Assembly (NCBI GenBank): GCA_965221695.1
Contig: OZ244905.1
Coordinates: 768,001 to 832,000 of the forward strand
DNA: 64,000 bases
Direction: 5' to 3'
Origin: Gammaproteobacteria bacterium
GTDB lineage: Bacteria > Pseudomonadota > Gammaproteobacteria > Eutrophobiales > Eutrophobiaceae
Position numbers and translations under genes: made by a program. The notes beneath the pieces are model-generated. The model was not told the origin of the DNA and did no database searches. It saw only the letters and a list, made by a program, of their open reading frames with translations. This document shows positions 29,503 through 38,902 of this stretch, in pieces (positions within the stretch are counted from its first letter, which is position 1; each line of letters starts with the position of its first letter).

Positions 29503-30993
29503 CTACAGTTTCACACACACGTTGCGCATCTCGGTGTAGAACTCAAGTGAGTGTACACCACCTTCGCGGCCTATGCCCGATTGTTTGGAGCCGCCGAACG
29601 GAGTCCTGAGATCGCGCAGGAACCAGCAGTTGACCCAGGTGATGCCGACATCAATGGCGGCGGCGACCCGGTGCGCGCGGGATGCATTCCCGGTCCAGAT
29701 CGCCGTTGCCAGGCCGTAGCGCGTGTCATTGGCCATCGCAATCACTTCGGCCTCATCGTCAAAAGGCTGTACATGGCAGCAAGGACCAAAGATCTCCTCC
29801 CGGATGACCGGCGATGATTCAGGCAGGCCCGTCCAGATGGTCGGTTCCACCCAGAAGCCGCCGGCCAGATCGTCGTGCACTTGCGGAATACCGCCGCCGG
29901 TTACGACCTGCGCGCCCTCTTCCCTGGCCTTTTCATAGTAGGACAGCACTTTTTCCCGCTGCTGCCGGCTAATCATCGGCCCCAGAGTGGTGGTTGCCAG
30001 TTCCGGCTTGCCGGTTGCCAGGTTTTCGGCGCCCAGTCTGAGCCGGTCCACGAATTCATCGAATACCGGGCGCTCCACGTAAACCCGTTCCGTTCCCAGG
30101 CAGACCTGGCCGCAGTTGGCGAATACCGAACGCATGGCCCCTTCCAGGGCCTTGTCCATATCGCAGTCGGCAAACACCACGCCCGCGTTTTTGCCGCCCA
30201 TTTCAAAGGAGACATCGCGCAGCCCTACGGCTGCGGCTTTCATGATTTGCGAACCGGTGGTTGTCTCACCGGTAAACGTGATCGCGTCCACGCCCTGGTG
30301 CGTGGTCAGGTACTCGCCGGCAGATTCCGGCCCGAAACCATGCACGACATTGTATACGCCAGCGGGAATACCCACCGCATTCATCACCTCACCCAACAGG
30401 GTCGCGGTCGCCGGAGTCTCTTCGGACGGCTTGACCACGACCGCATTACCACAGGCCAGCGCCGGACCGACCTTCCAGGTCATCAGTAACAGCGGCAGGT
30501 TCCAGGGACAGATCACGCCGATGACCCCCTTGGGCACGCGCAGCGCATAATTCAATGCGCCGGCGCCGTCCGGCGTGTCCATCATGAAGGATTCCGCCGG
30601 CACATTCTTGATCACATCGGCAAATATCTTGAAATTGGCCGCGCCCCGGGGTATATCCACATGCCGCGCGAGCGACCAGGGCTTGCCGGTATCAAGACAC
30701 TCCGCTTCGACAAAATCATCGAACCTGGCGTTGATGCCATCGGCCAGCTCATACAGTAAAGCCACGCGTTGCTCTACGGTCAGTGAACCCCAAGGGCCTT
30801 CGAGAGCGGCCCGCGCCGCTTCGACTGCCGCATCGACTTCATCACGACCCGCTTCATGGACCTGCGCATAGGCCTCCCCCGTCACCGGGTTCAGCGTGTC
30901 AAACATTCTGCCGCCGGCAGATCCGACAAACTCGCCGCCGATAAAATGGCAGAACGGCGACCCGGATACAACCTGTTTTACTTGAGCATGCAT
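29503..30993 (-). CDS. dmpC: 2-hydroxymuconic semialdehyde dehydrogenase
   Basis: DIPRGAANF, CPWNLPLLLMTWK, FTGETTTG, NCGQVCLG, WFLRDLRTPFGG; AGGAG RBS. Confidence 0.95.
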   Translation of the reverse strand: MHAQVKQVVSGSPFCHFIGGEFVGSAGGRMFDTLNPVTGEAYAQVHEAGRDEVDAAVEAARAALEGPWGSLTVEQRVALLYELADGINARFDDFVEAECLDTGKPWSLARHVDIPRGAANFKIFADVIKNVPAESFMMDTPDGAGALNYALRVPKGVIGVICPWNLPLLLMTWKVGPALACGNAVVVKPSEETPATATLLGEVMNAVGIPAGVYNVVHGFGPESAGEYLTTHQGVDAITFTGETTTGSQIMKAAAVGLRDVSFEMGGKNAGVVFADCDMDKALEGAMRSVFANCGQVCLGTERVYVERPVFDEFVDRLRLGAENLATGKPELATTTLGPMISRQQREKVLSYYEKAREEGAQVVTGGGIPQVHDDLAGGFWVEPTIWTGLPESSPVIREEIFGPCCHVQPFDDEAEVIAMANDTRYGLATAIWTGNASRAHRVAAAIDVGITWVNCWFLRDLRTPFGGSKQSGIGREGGVHSLEFYTEMRNVCVKL

Positions 30994-31023
30994 TTTTTTC
31001 TGACTCCTATTACACCCCAATAT

Positions 31024-31190
31024 TATTCCCGCTTAAGCGGAAAGCCAGCTAACAAAGTATCGCCTGTCAGGCGATACGCTATCATACTGGACTCCCGCTT
31101 ACGTGGGAGTAGTACGAGCATCGCTCCTACTCCAGTACCATTCCCGCGAAAGCGGGAATCCAGTGAAACAAACCGTCGCTTCAGCGACAC
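31024..31190. repeat. Family A repeat cluster (three units)
   Basis: attcccgcttaagcggaaagccag, ctggactcccgcttacgtgggagt, taccattcccgcgaaagcgggaatccag. Confidence 0.8.
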
Positions 31191-31194
31191 TATA

Positions 31195-31623
31195 TTATTC
31201 CGGGGCCAAATACCCCAGCGCATATTCGGCTATTTCCCCATCCTGTTGTTCCGAAGCGCCGGAAACGCCTATCGCGCCGATACGGCGCCCGCCAATCTCA
31301 ATCGGCGCCCCACCACCACAAACCATCAACCGGTCAGCATTGGGGAGACCGATTCTGCACGCCGGCGACAGGGAATCCAATACTTCTCCCCATTTCGATG
31401 TCGGCATGCCGAAACTCATAGCCGTGTAAGCCTTGTTGATCGCCAGGTCAACGGAATGAAACGCCGAACCCGGCATGCGCAAAAACGCGGCAAGATGCCC
31501 GCCGCTGTCCACTACTGCGACATTGACTTTCACGCCTAACTCCTCCGCCCGCGTTACCGCAGCCTGAACCAGTGCGTGAGCCGCTTCCCAGTGGATGCTG
31601 CCCTGATCTACCACCACTTTCAT
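31195..31623 (-). CDS. GlcG/HbpS-like heme-binding protein (NahX-like, typical of meta operons)
   Basis: VAVVDSGG, AINKAYTA, GGGAPI....IGAIGVSG....D. Confidence 0.9.
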   Translation of the reverse strand: MKVVVDQGSIHWEAAHALVQAAVTRAEELGVKVNVAVVDSGGHLAAFLRMPGSAFHSVDLAINKAYTAMSFGMPTSKWGEVLDSLSPACRIGLPNADRLMVCGGGAPIEIGGRRIGAIGVSGASEQQDGEIAEYALGYLAPE

Positions 31624-32408
31624 CTGTTCAGATGCGCTTGTATCTTGCGCCAGGGGGCCTGCCCCTTGTGCTTGAGTTCAGCCATTTTTTCCGCAGAAAA
31701 ATCAGCCGCGACCCCAACCTGGTAAGACGGCCGGTCAACGCAACGCGCATACCAGTCAGCGACCCGTTTGCGCGACTGGTACCAGTCTGCCCAGCCGAAT
31801 TGGAACAGGGTTTGAAAATACGGGGACATGGCCGCGTCCGCCAGCGAGAACCGATCGCCCGCAAGCCAATCCTGGGTTTCCAGCGTGCGTTCCATGTCGG
31901 CAATGGTCTTCTCGTAGGTCGCCACTGCGTCGACGATATCGGGCGCATCATAGCCCATCTTCAGCAGCCGCCTCTGCCGCTCTCGCCGGGGTTTCTCGAC
32001 AACCCGGTCAATGACAGCATTCATCTCCGCTTCTGAAAGCATTTTGAGCTTGTCCGCCATAACCAGCGGCCATTGCAACGCGCCGCAACTCGGGTGCACC
32101 TTGATGTCAATGTGTTTCATCCACAGACGCATCTGCGCGCTATGGTAGGGATTGTCCGGACGCATATCCGGTTCAGGAAACTTGTCCTGCAGGTACTCGC
32201 AGATGATGGAGGATTCGATTACCGACCTGCCATCGTCGACCAGGGTCGGCACCACGCCCAACGGGTTCAGCTTGAGATAGTCCGGCGCAAGATTTTCCTT
32301 CTCCGCCAGTTCCACGTGACGCTTTTCCCAATCCAGGTCTTTTTCTGCCAGTACGATGCGCACCTTCTGCGAACAGGGCGACATGGGATGAGTGTATAAT
32401 TCAAGCAT
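31620..32408 (-). CDS. Glutathione S-transferase with SPCS motif and long helical insert
   Basis: LYTHPMSPCSQKVR, LNPLGVVPTL, ESSIICEYL, LAGDRFSLAD. Confidence 0.9.
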   Translation of the reverse strand: MLELYTHPMSPCSQKVRIVLAEKDLDWEKRHVELAEKENLAPDYLKLNPLGVVPTLVDDGRSVIESSIICEYLQDKFPEPDMRPDNPYHSAQMRLWMKHIDIKVHPSCGALQWPLVMADKLKMLSEAEMNAVIDRVVEKPRRERQRRLLKMGYDAPDIVDAVATYEKTIADMERTLETQDWLAGDRFSLADAAMSPYFQTLFQFGWADWYQSRKRVADWYARCVDRPSYQVGVAADFSAEKMAELKHKGQAPWRKIQAHLNR

Positions 32409-32552
32409 TATGGGTTCGCCTCATCGTTATCGTCATCGTTAATTCCTGCGGCCCGCGCGTATGTTCTTCGGGCTTATGTTCTTGGCGCTTGTGCTGCCAG
32501 TGGATTGCATCTGATATTATGGATATAATTTATTTTATCGTTGTTGTCAAAT

Positions 32553-32588
32553 AATATCGATATTTTTTCGTTTTGTCGATATTTTTTT
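32553..32588. promoter_or_regulatory. Candidate tandem GntR operator in the divergent promoter region
   Basis: AATATCGATATTTTTT followed by GTCGATATTTTTTT. Confidence 0.6.
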
Positions 32589-32687
32589 ATAGCATATTGT
32601 TTTACTGTAACGCCAGTTGAGCATGAACTTATTCAAAAAACCTCACAGACCCCGCTTTTCACCCTTCACAACAGCCTTGCCGGGTAA

Positions 32688-33368
32688 TTGACGATGCGCG
32701 CCAAAACGCTGGTTGAAGCGTCTTATGACCGGATCCGTTCCGATATTATCGCGGGGAAACTGGCGCCGGGTTCCAAGCTGCGCATTGAGGAGTTGCGGGA
32801 AGACTATAACATCGGCGCAAGCCCGTTACGCGAGGCCCTGAACCGGCTGGCCGGCGAAGGCTTTGTCACCGCGGAAAGGCAGCGAGGGTTCAAGGTTGCG
32901 CCGGTTTCTACAGAGGACCTGAAAGACCTGAGTCGCATGCGGGTGATGCTGGAATGCCAGGCGTTGCGCGACAGTATCAGGAACGGCGATGATGAATGGG
33001 AGGTAAACCTGGTCGCATCCCACCACCGCCTGCAAAAGGCGGAACAGCATTACGGTAAGAACCTGGCGGAATGGGAACAACGCAACGATGAATTCCACGA
33101 AGCCCTGGTGGCGGCCTGCGGCTCAACATGGTTACTGCGCTTGCGCCACCTGCTCTACGAACAGCATAAGCGCTACCGTTTCATCGCGATACTGTCCCAA
33201 CAGGAAGGGCGGGATGTTCACCAGGAACATCGCGAGATACTGGAAGCGACTCTGGCGCGTGACATCAACGCGGCCTGCAAAGCCACGCAACAACATATAC
33301 AGCAGACGTTGGACACCAGCATCCGGGTATTCACTGAGCTGGAAAAAAACAGCCCCCTCTCCGTATAA
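32688..33368 (+). CDS. GntR/FCD family transcriptional regulator
   Basis: wHTH LAPGSKL...SPLREALNRL..EG.V....RGF.V; FCD FHEALV.ACGS, EH.EIL. Confidence 0.93.
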   Translation: MTMRAKTLVEASYDRIRSDIIAGKLAPGSKLRIEELREDYNIGASPLREALNRLAGEGFVTAERQRGFKVAPVSTEDLKDLSRMRVMLECQALRDSIRNGDDEWEVNLVASHHRLQKAEQHYGKNLAEWEQRNDEFHEALVAACGSTWLLRLRHLLYEQHKRYRFIAILSQQEGRDVHQEHREILEATLARDINAACKATQQHIQQTLDTSIRVFTELEKNSPLSV

Positions 33369-33388
33369 CTGCCCGGGGTAGTACCGTC

Positions 33389-35683
33389 TTGAACAATACG
33401 TTTCTCCGTTCAATCCCGGCGGCCATCATAGCTGTGTTGACAACATTTGCCGGCCTGGCCCAGGAAACTGCGCCATTGCTGGAAGAGATCATCGTGACCG
33501 CCGAAAAACGCGCCGAAAGCCTGCAGGACTTGTCCCAGGCCGTGACCGCGCTGTCGGGCGAGGCACTGGACAACCGCAATATCACCAGCTTTGTGGACCT
33601 CAGCGGCATAGCCCCGGGCGTTACCGTCGCCAAGAACGAAGGGGTAAGAACCGTCATCTCCATACGCGGCGTGGGCAACGAGGCCAACCAGAACTCGATA
33701 GCCAACCCTTCCGTGTCCTACCACCTGGACGGAATCTACGTGGCATCGCCGTTTGCCCTGCGCACCGACTTCCTGGACCTGGAACGTATTGAAGTGTTGC
33801 GCGGCCCCCAGGGCACCCTGTTCGGCCAGAACTCCACGGGCGGTGCGATCAATGTGATTACGCAGGCGCCGGATACAGGGGAATTCTTCGGCAAGGCCGA
33901 TATCACAGTGGGGAACTACAGCCTGACGCGGGTGCGCGGTTCGGTCAACATCCCCATCAGCGATACCACGGCCTTGCGCGCCTCGGTCGCTACCCACAAC
34001 CATGACGGCTTCAGCAAGAACATCTTGCTGGACCAGGAACTGGATCAGGCCGACAACTTTTCCGGCCGCACCCGCCTGCTCTGGGCGCCGGCTGAAAACC
34101 TGCGCTTCAACTTCACTGCGCAGTATTTTGACGAAAACACCAACGGCGCGGCACAGAAAGGTATTTTCGACTCCACCCCGAACCCGCGCCGTCTGACCCA
34201 GGACCGGCACAGCAGTTACCAACTGGAGAGCCAGCTCTACAGTCTGGTCGCTGAATGGGAACTGCCCGCGTTCACGGTCAAGTCGCTGACCAGCTACCAG
34301 GACGATGAGGTCTCCGCGTCACGGGACAACGACCGTCATGATTTTTCCACGCTGATTAACCGCGGGACCTTCCTGTTGCCAGCCAGCGTTGATCCGGAGG
34401 CTGTCGGCCAGAAGACCATCACACAGGAGCTCAACCTTATCTCCTACGAACCGCTGTTCGGCCGACTCGATTGGGTGGTCGGGATGTTCTACCTGGATAC
34501 CGATGTGGACATCCTGTTTCGAGAATATATCGACTTTAATACCGACGGCGTTTATGGTCCCGACAAGGTCAGTGTGGAGGAGGTGCTGAACTTCGGGGGA
34601 GAAGTCGGCTTCATCTCTGATTCAAATCCGCAGCGGGAATCGATCTCCGTCTATGGCCAGGGCGCGTACAATCTTACCGACAGTCTGCGCCTGGTCGCCG
34701 GGCTGCGTTATACGGAAGATCAGGTTAACTCCAAGGTCACCAATTTCTTCGGCCGCGCCGGCACCGCTGTTCTTGAAACCCGGAGCGAGAAGCTTACCGG
34801 CCGCGGCGTGGTGGAAATCGATCTCAACATTAACGCGATGGCATATGCGTCATACACCCGCGGTTTCAAACCGGGCGGCAGCAACCTGACCTACGGCCGG
34901 GAGGATGTGGTGGCTCCCATCCTGGTGCTGCCCACCTACAAGGATGAGACGGTACAGGCCTGGGAAGTCGGCCTCAAGACCGACTTTGCCGGCAACCGGG
35001 TGCGGGTCAACGCCGCGGCGTTCTACTACGACTACGAAAACCTGCAATTCCAGGCGACCGACCCCGAAGTGTTCGAGGGTGGGGTCGGCAACCTGCCGGG
35101 ATCGGAAATCTACGGCGCCGAGATGGAACTGCTGGCGTTCGTCACAGACAGCCTGACCCTGGATGCGCGCCTGTCCTGGCTGGAAACGAAGATCTCCGAA
35201 TCACACCTGGCGCTGGACAACGTGCGCTCCGATGACGCCACCAACGCGCTCTTGCCCCAGTGCCAGTTCAACCTGTTCTGCGACGACATCCAGCGCGCCC
35301 GCGCCGCGGCGGTGACGGACGTAAAAGGCAACCAACTCGCCAAGACGCCCAATTTCACCGCGGACGTGATGCTGCGCTACCTGACTCGCCTGGGCAATTG
35401 GAGCGATTTCGAGACCAGCGTGCAATACCTCTACCGGGGCGGCTTCCAGCACCGCATCTTCAACAACCCGAAAACCGATGATGTGCCCAGCTACCATATC
35501 GTCAACCTGGTATTGACGATTGCGCCGGACGCGTACCCCTGGCACATCGACCTGATGGGAATGAACCTGACTGACGAAGATGGTATTAACGCCCGCTTCA
35601 CCGATGTCTTCGGCGTCGGCTCCACCAGCGACGAACTGATCCCACCCCGGCAATACATGGTACGCTTCGGCATGGAGTTCTGA
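33389..35683 (+). CDS. TonB-dependent receptor
   Basis: LEEIIVTAEKRAESLQD, ERIEVLRGPQGTLFGQN, C-terminal F. Confidence 0.95.
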   Translation: MNNTFLRSIPAAIIAVLTTFAGLAQETAPLLEEIIVTAEKRAESLQDLSQAVTALSGEALDNRNITSFVDLSGIAPGVTVAKNEGVRTVISIRGVGNEANQNSIANPSVSYHLDGIYVASPFALRTDFLDLERIEVLRGPQGTLFGQNSTGGAINVITQAPDTGEFFGKADITVGNYSLTRVRGSVNIPISDTTALRASVATHNHDGFSKNILLDQELDQADNFSGRTRLLWAPAENLRFNFTAQYFDENTNGAAQKGIFDSTPNPRRLTQDRHSSYQLESQLYSLVAEWELPAFTVKSLTSYQDDEVSASRDNDRHDFSTLINRGTFLLPASVDPEAVGQKTITQELNLISYEPLFGRLDWVVGMFYLDTDVDILFREYIDFNTDGVYGPDKVSVEEVLNFGGEVGFISDSNPQRESISVYGQGAYNLTDSLRLVAGLRYTEDQVNSKVTNFFGRAGTAVLETRSEKLTGRGVVEIDLNINAMAYASYTRGFKPGGSNLTYGREDVVAPILVLPTYKDETVQAWEVGLKTDFAGNRVRVNAAAFYYDYENLQFQATDPEVFEGGVGNLPGSEIYGAEMELLAFVTDSLTLDARLSWLETKISESHLALDNVRSDDATNALLPQCQFNLFCDDIQRARAAAVTDVKGNQLAKTPNFTADVMLRYLTRLGNWSDFETSVQYLYRGGFQHRIFNNPKTDDVPSYHIVNLVLTIAPDAYPWHIDLMGMNLTDEDGINARFTDVFGVGSTSDELIPPRQYMVRFGMEF

Positions 35684-35697
35684 CGGGAATGGTTCCG

Positions 35698-38004
35698 TCA
35701 TTTTCCATCTGCATCTCTCAACACCGTCGTTTCATAGCGAACTCCATCCGGTATCGGCACCGCCTGGTGCACGGTCACACCGTACTCCCCCTCGGTGGGT
35801 TTGGATGAATCCACGGCTACGAACGATGTGTAACTGGACACAAGCTGGTATTGCAGTGCAACCCGCCTGATGGCGTCACGCAACTCCCCATGGGGGTCTC
35901 CCACAGTCGACTGCCGATCCGATAGCTCGGCGATATTGGTACGCGCCCAGACCTTGGCGAGAGACGGACCGGCATTGCTTGCGCCAGTAGCATCCAGCGC
36001 AAAAGCACGGCGCGTGCCGTCAACCGTCCCGGATACGGTCACCGTTGTGGGTTCGTCCCGGAACTTTCCTGCAACAACCAGTGGTCGTCCTACAAACAGG
36101 TCGGGGAGGTGGCCGGGATAGGTATTGGATACGGCCATGTTACCCCAATCAATTTCAATGTCGGTGAGCGCCGCGCGGCTTACGCGCTTGAAAAATTCCT
36201 CCATCACCTGTTCCGCCGGATCATTCAGTCCCAAGTAGGCGACGGCGCCGCGCCCGACTTTAGCCATTCGTTCCATAAGATAGCGGTTGACGGATTCTCC
36301 AACACCAAAACTGAAAATGCGGGCATTGCTGATACGCTTGTACACCTCGGCCAAAATCTCTGCTTCATTACCGATATAACCATCCGTTAGAAACGAGACA
36401 AACCGGAACCGCGACGGGTTGTGAGGAAAATCCAGGGCTGCCCTGATCCCCTCGATCATCATCGTGCCGCCCTGGCTGTCCAGTTTCGCAAGATATCGAC
36501 GGGCAGCCGCCAGGTTTTTCTCCGTCGCGGCGACAGGCTCCCGGCCAAATTGGGAGGCATTATCCGAAAAACGGATGATCTGGAACGTATCGGTCGGGTG
36601 AAGCAGTCCCAATGCCGTATCGATAGCCTGTTTGGCCTGAGCCAGTGGACGGCCGCTCATCGAACCGGAACAGTCGATGACGAACACCATCTCCATCGGT
36701 CGGCGAGAAACCCGCAAAGTATCTATCGGTGGGATCATCATCAGTGAAAAGAACCCTTCTCCCGTCTCCGGGTCTTGGTAGGTCATCAGGCTGGATTTGA
36801 CGGCCTCTCCGGCGATGCGATAATCGAGCACGAAATCCCGATTGGGAAGAGTAGTCTGTTGCGCCAGTTGTACGGTCGCAGACGCAGACCCGTCCCGATT
36901 GACATTGATCTCATGGGTCGATTTCAGCTCTTCGATGTGCACGCCGGCGTCGATGCGCACGCTGATACCCAGGTCATGACCTGATCGCTCCGAAGGCGTA
37001 AGGTATTCAACACCTATTGCACCCGGCGTTGCCGTGCGGCCACCGCGCGGGAGCGCCACTACCGGGTCGTGGCTTTTGGGCGGGTTGAAGCGCGGACCGA
37101 CCACCGTGGGAAATACGAAAGAGTACCACCCATCCTTGTACGCGAGGGTGTGAAAGTAGGTGATGTCGACATCGATTGCCTTACCGGGCTCAATGTTGGC
37201 GACTTTCTGCTCGAATATGTTCGGACGATGCTGGACCAACAGACTTGCATGGTAGCCCTGCTCCCGCGCCGCGTGATAGATGGCCTCAGCTTCTTCCTTC
37301 TCCCGCAAGATGCCACGAATGGTGCGCTCCCCGATGACCATCAGGAATTCTGAGACCGCGGCTTTCTCCGGCAGTGGAAACACATAGACGGCCTCGATCT
37401 TTGTATCAAACGGGTTGGCAAACTGCTGTTTAACCCGAACTGTGCTGATGTGGCCGGCAATAGATGCGTCTACGTCCGTGTGTTGCAACGGCAGCGGCAC
37501 CTCTGCTGTTTCTCCGGCTTTATCTTGGGGTGGAACGTTCGCAATCAGACTTCCGGAACCGGGAACCTGTGTGCCTTCACCGACTGAAGGAGTGGAAGCC
37601 GCATAATCGGTAATTTCTTCAGAAGATGACGCCTTGGCGATGATCCAGATTTCCTCTGAAAAGGATTTTGACACCGCGCCCGGAGAAGCCAGGACGCCTT
37701 CCTGGGCTGGCACATCAAGTGGCAAGCCACTAACGTTACCCAGCCTTTCCCGAAAAACCTGGTAAGACTGCGTTTGTGACAGTGGCGCTGTGTCCAAGTG
37801 CGGGTAGACGGCTGGTTCCCCAGGTATCGGCAAGCCACCTGCTCCTTCCATTGTCTTCTCCGGAGGCGCGGACTGGGAAGTCTGCCCCTGAGGTGGTGGT
37901 GAAGCGGGCATCGGTGGTGGGCTGGAGCACGATGCCAGCAACTTGATGCCGATCATCATCAGCAAAATTATCATGCAGGATACAAATTGGAACTGTCTAT
38001 TCAT
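35698..38004 (-). CDS. VIT and vWA domain lipoprotein
   Basis: LLASC lipobox, Pro-rich linker, VIT (LPLQHTDV, QQFANP..IEAVYVFPLP), MIDAS DCSGS, FLTDG, LVSSYTSFVAVD. Confidence 0.92.
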   Translation of the reverse strand: MNRQFQFVSCMIILLMMIGIKLLASCSSPPPMPASPPPQGQTSQSAPPEKTMEGAGGLPIPGEPAVYPHLDTAPLSQTQSYQVFRERLGNVSGLPLDVPAQEGVLASPGAVSKSFSEEIWIIAKASSSEEITDYAASTPSVGEGTQVPGSGSLIANVPPQDKAGETAEVPLPLQHTDVDASIAGHISTVRVKQQFANPFDTKIEAVYVFPLPEKAAVSEFLMVIGERTIRGILREKEEAEAIYHAAREQGYHASLLVQHRPNIFEQKVANIEPGKAIDVDITYFHTLAYKDGWYSFVFPTVVGPRFNPPKSHDPVVALPRGGRTATPGAIGVEYLTPSERSGHDLGISVRIDAGVHIEELKSTHEINVNRDGSASATVQLAQQTTLPNRDFVLDYRIAGEAVKSSLMTYQDPETGEGFFSLMMIPPIDTLRVSRRPMEMVFVIDCSGSMSGRPLAQAKQAIDTALGLLHPTDTFQIIRFSDNASQFGREPVAATEKNLAAARRYLAKLDSQGGTMMIEGIRAALDFPHNPSRFRFVSFLTDGYIGNEAEILAEVYKRISNARIFSFGVGESVNRYLMERMAKVGRGAVAYLGLNDPAEQVMEEFFKRVSRAALTDIEIDWGNMAVSNTYPGHLPDLFVGRPLVVAGKFRDEPTTVTVSGTVDGTRRAFALDATGASNAGPSLAKVWARTNIAELSDRQSTVGDPHGELRDAIRRVALQYQLVSSYTSFVAVDSSKPTEGEYGVTVHQAVPIPDGVRYETTVLRDADGK

Positions 38005-38462
38005 TGCGACCTCTCCTGTAGGTAGTCGTCAGGTTCTGTTAAAGAAATCTTCGCATTGATTACACGCCCTTCTCGTGTGGTAGCCACAATCAGGCGCAAT
38101 TCGAAATCGGGTTCTCCTTCCAGCATCAGGTGTAGCCTGGCGAGACGAACGCGACCACTTGGCAATGTGCTTTCATCGGCCAGCGAGTAATCGGCAACGA
38201 CTATCCGGTCAGCATTACCACCGGCGACAGGTTCCCGGTCATAGTACGGCGCCCGCTGAAAAGCAGGGTGACCGCCGTTCTCGACACCCACCACTTTCAT
38301 CGCGCCGTTGCGGTCTTTGAGTTCGAACTGCCAGGCGGCCACGGTAGTCGGGCTGTCCAAGTAGATGTCCAGCGACGCAAAACGCGTGCTTGACCTGCTG
38401 TCCGCACAGACGAAACCCGTAAGCAAGATGAGAAAGGCTGCTACGAAGAGCCGACTGTTCAT
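38001..38462 (-). CDS. Secreted beta-rich protein, cohesin-like by pattern
   Basis: Signal peptide; SLDIYLDSPTTVAAWQFEL...MKVVGVENG and G..RLARLHL resemble cohesin strands; overlaps both neighbours by 4 bp. Confidence 0.6.
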   Translation of the reverse strand: MNSRLFVAAFLILLTGFVCADSRSSTRFASLDIYLDSPTTVAAWQFELKDRNGAMKVVGVENGGHPAFQRAPYYDREPVAGGNADRIVVADYSLADESTLPSGRVRLARLHLMLEGEPDFELRLIVATTREGRVINAKISLTEPDDYLQERSQ

Positions 38463-38854
38463 AGCATGCCGTCCCGGTCCAAAGCCACCAGGCGATAAGC
38501 GAAAGCATCCAGGTCAGCTTGGGTAACATCCTGGTCCGCGCGAGCCAGGGCCAGGACATCGGCAATATCGATCCGGCCGGAGCCGTCAAAATCTGCGTAA
38601 ATCGGAATGTCGTCTTGTTGAGTAAGCTGTATTGTCATAAACAGGGCAACCACGAGCACACAGGCCGCAGCTACGCGCCAGGCGCCCAGTGGTTGCCAAA
38701 GAGGGATACGGCGTGGTGCGAACTGGGCGTGCGTCATGCCGGCCAGCCTGCGGTCGACCCGGGAGGTGATAATATCGGGTGCCGCGTCGATGCGCTTCAG
38801 CTCATCGATCAGGGCTTCGGGCAGTTGCTCGTTTTGTTCGTTTACGCCAGTCAT
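38459..38854 (-). CDS. Putative single-TM anti-sigma factor with C-terminal dockerin-like Ca-binding motif
   Basis: Follows the ECF sigma gene; TM AAACVLVVALFMTI; ADFDGSGRIDIADVLALAR. Confidence 0.75.
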   Translation of the reverse strand: MTGVNEQNEQLPEALIDELKRIDAAPDIITSRVDRRLAGMTHAQFAPRRIPLWQPLGAWRVAAACVLVVALFMTIQLTQQDDIPIYADFDGSGRIDIADVLALARADQDVTQADLDAFAYRLVALDRDGML

Positions 38855-38876
38855 GTCATGAGTTCCCTGTCCATAT

Positions 38877-38902
38877 AACGCACTACATGGAAAAAAGGTT
38901 CA
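38877..38902 (-). promoter_or_regulatory. Candidate ECF promoter overlapping the sigma stop codon
   Basis: TGAACC-N16-CGTT on the minus strand, immediately upstream of the anti-sigma gene. Confidence 0.4.
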
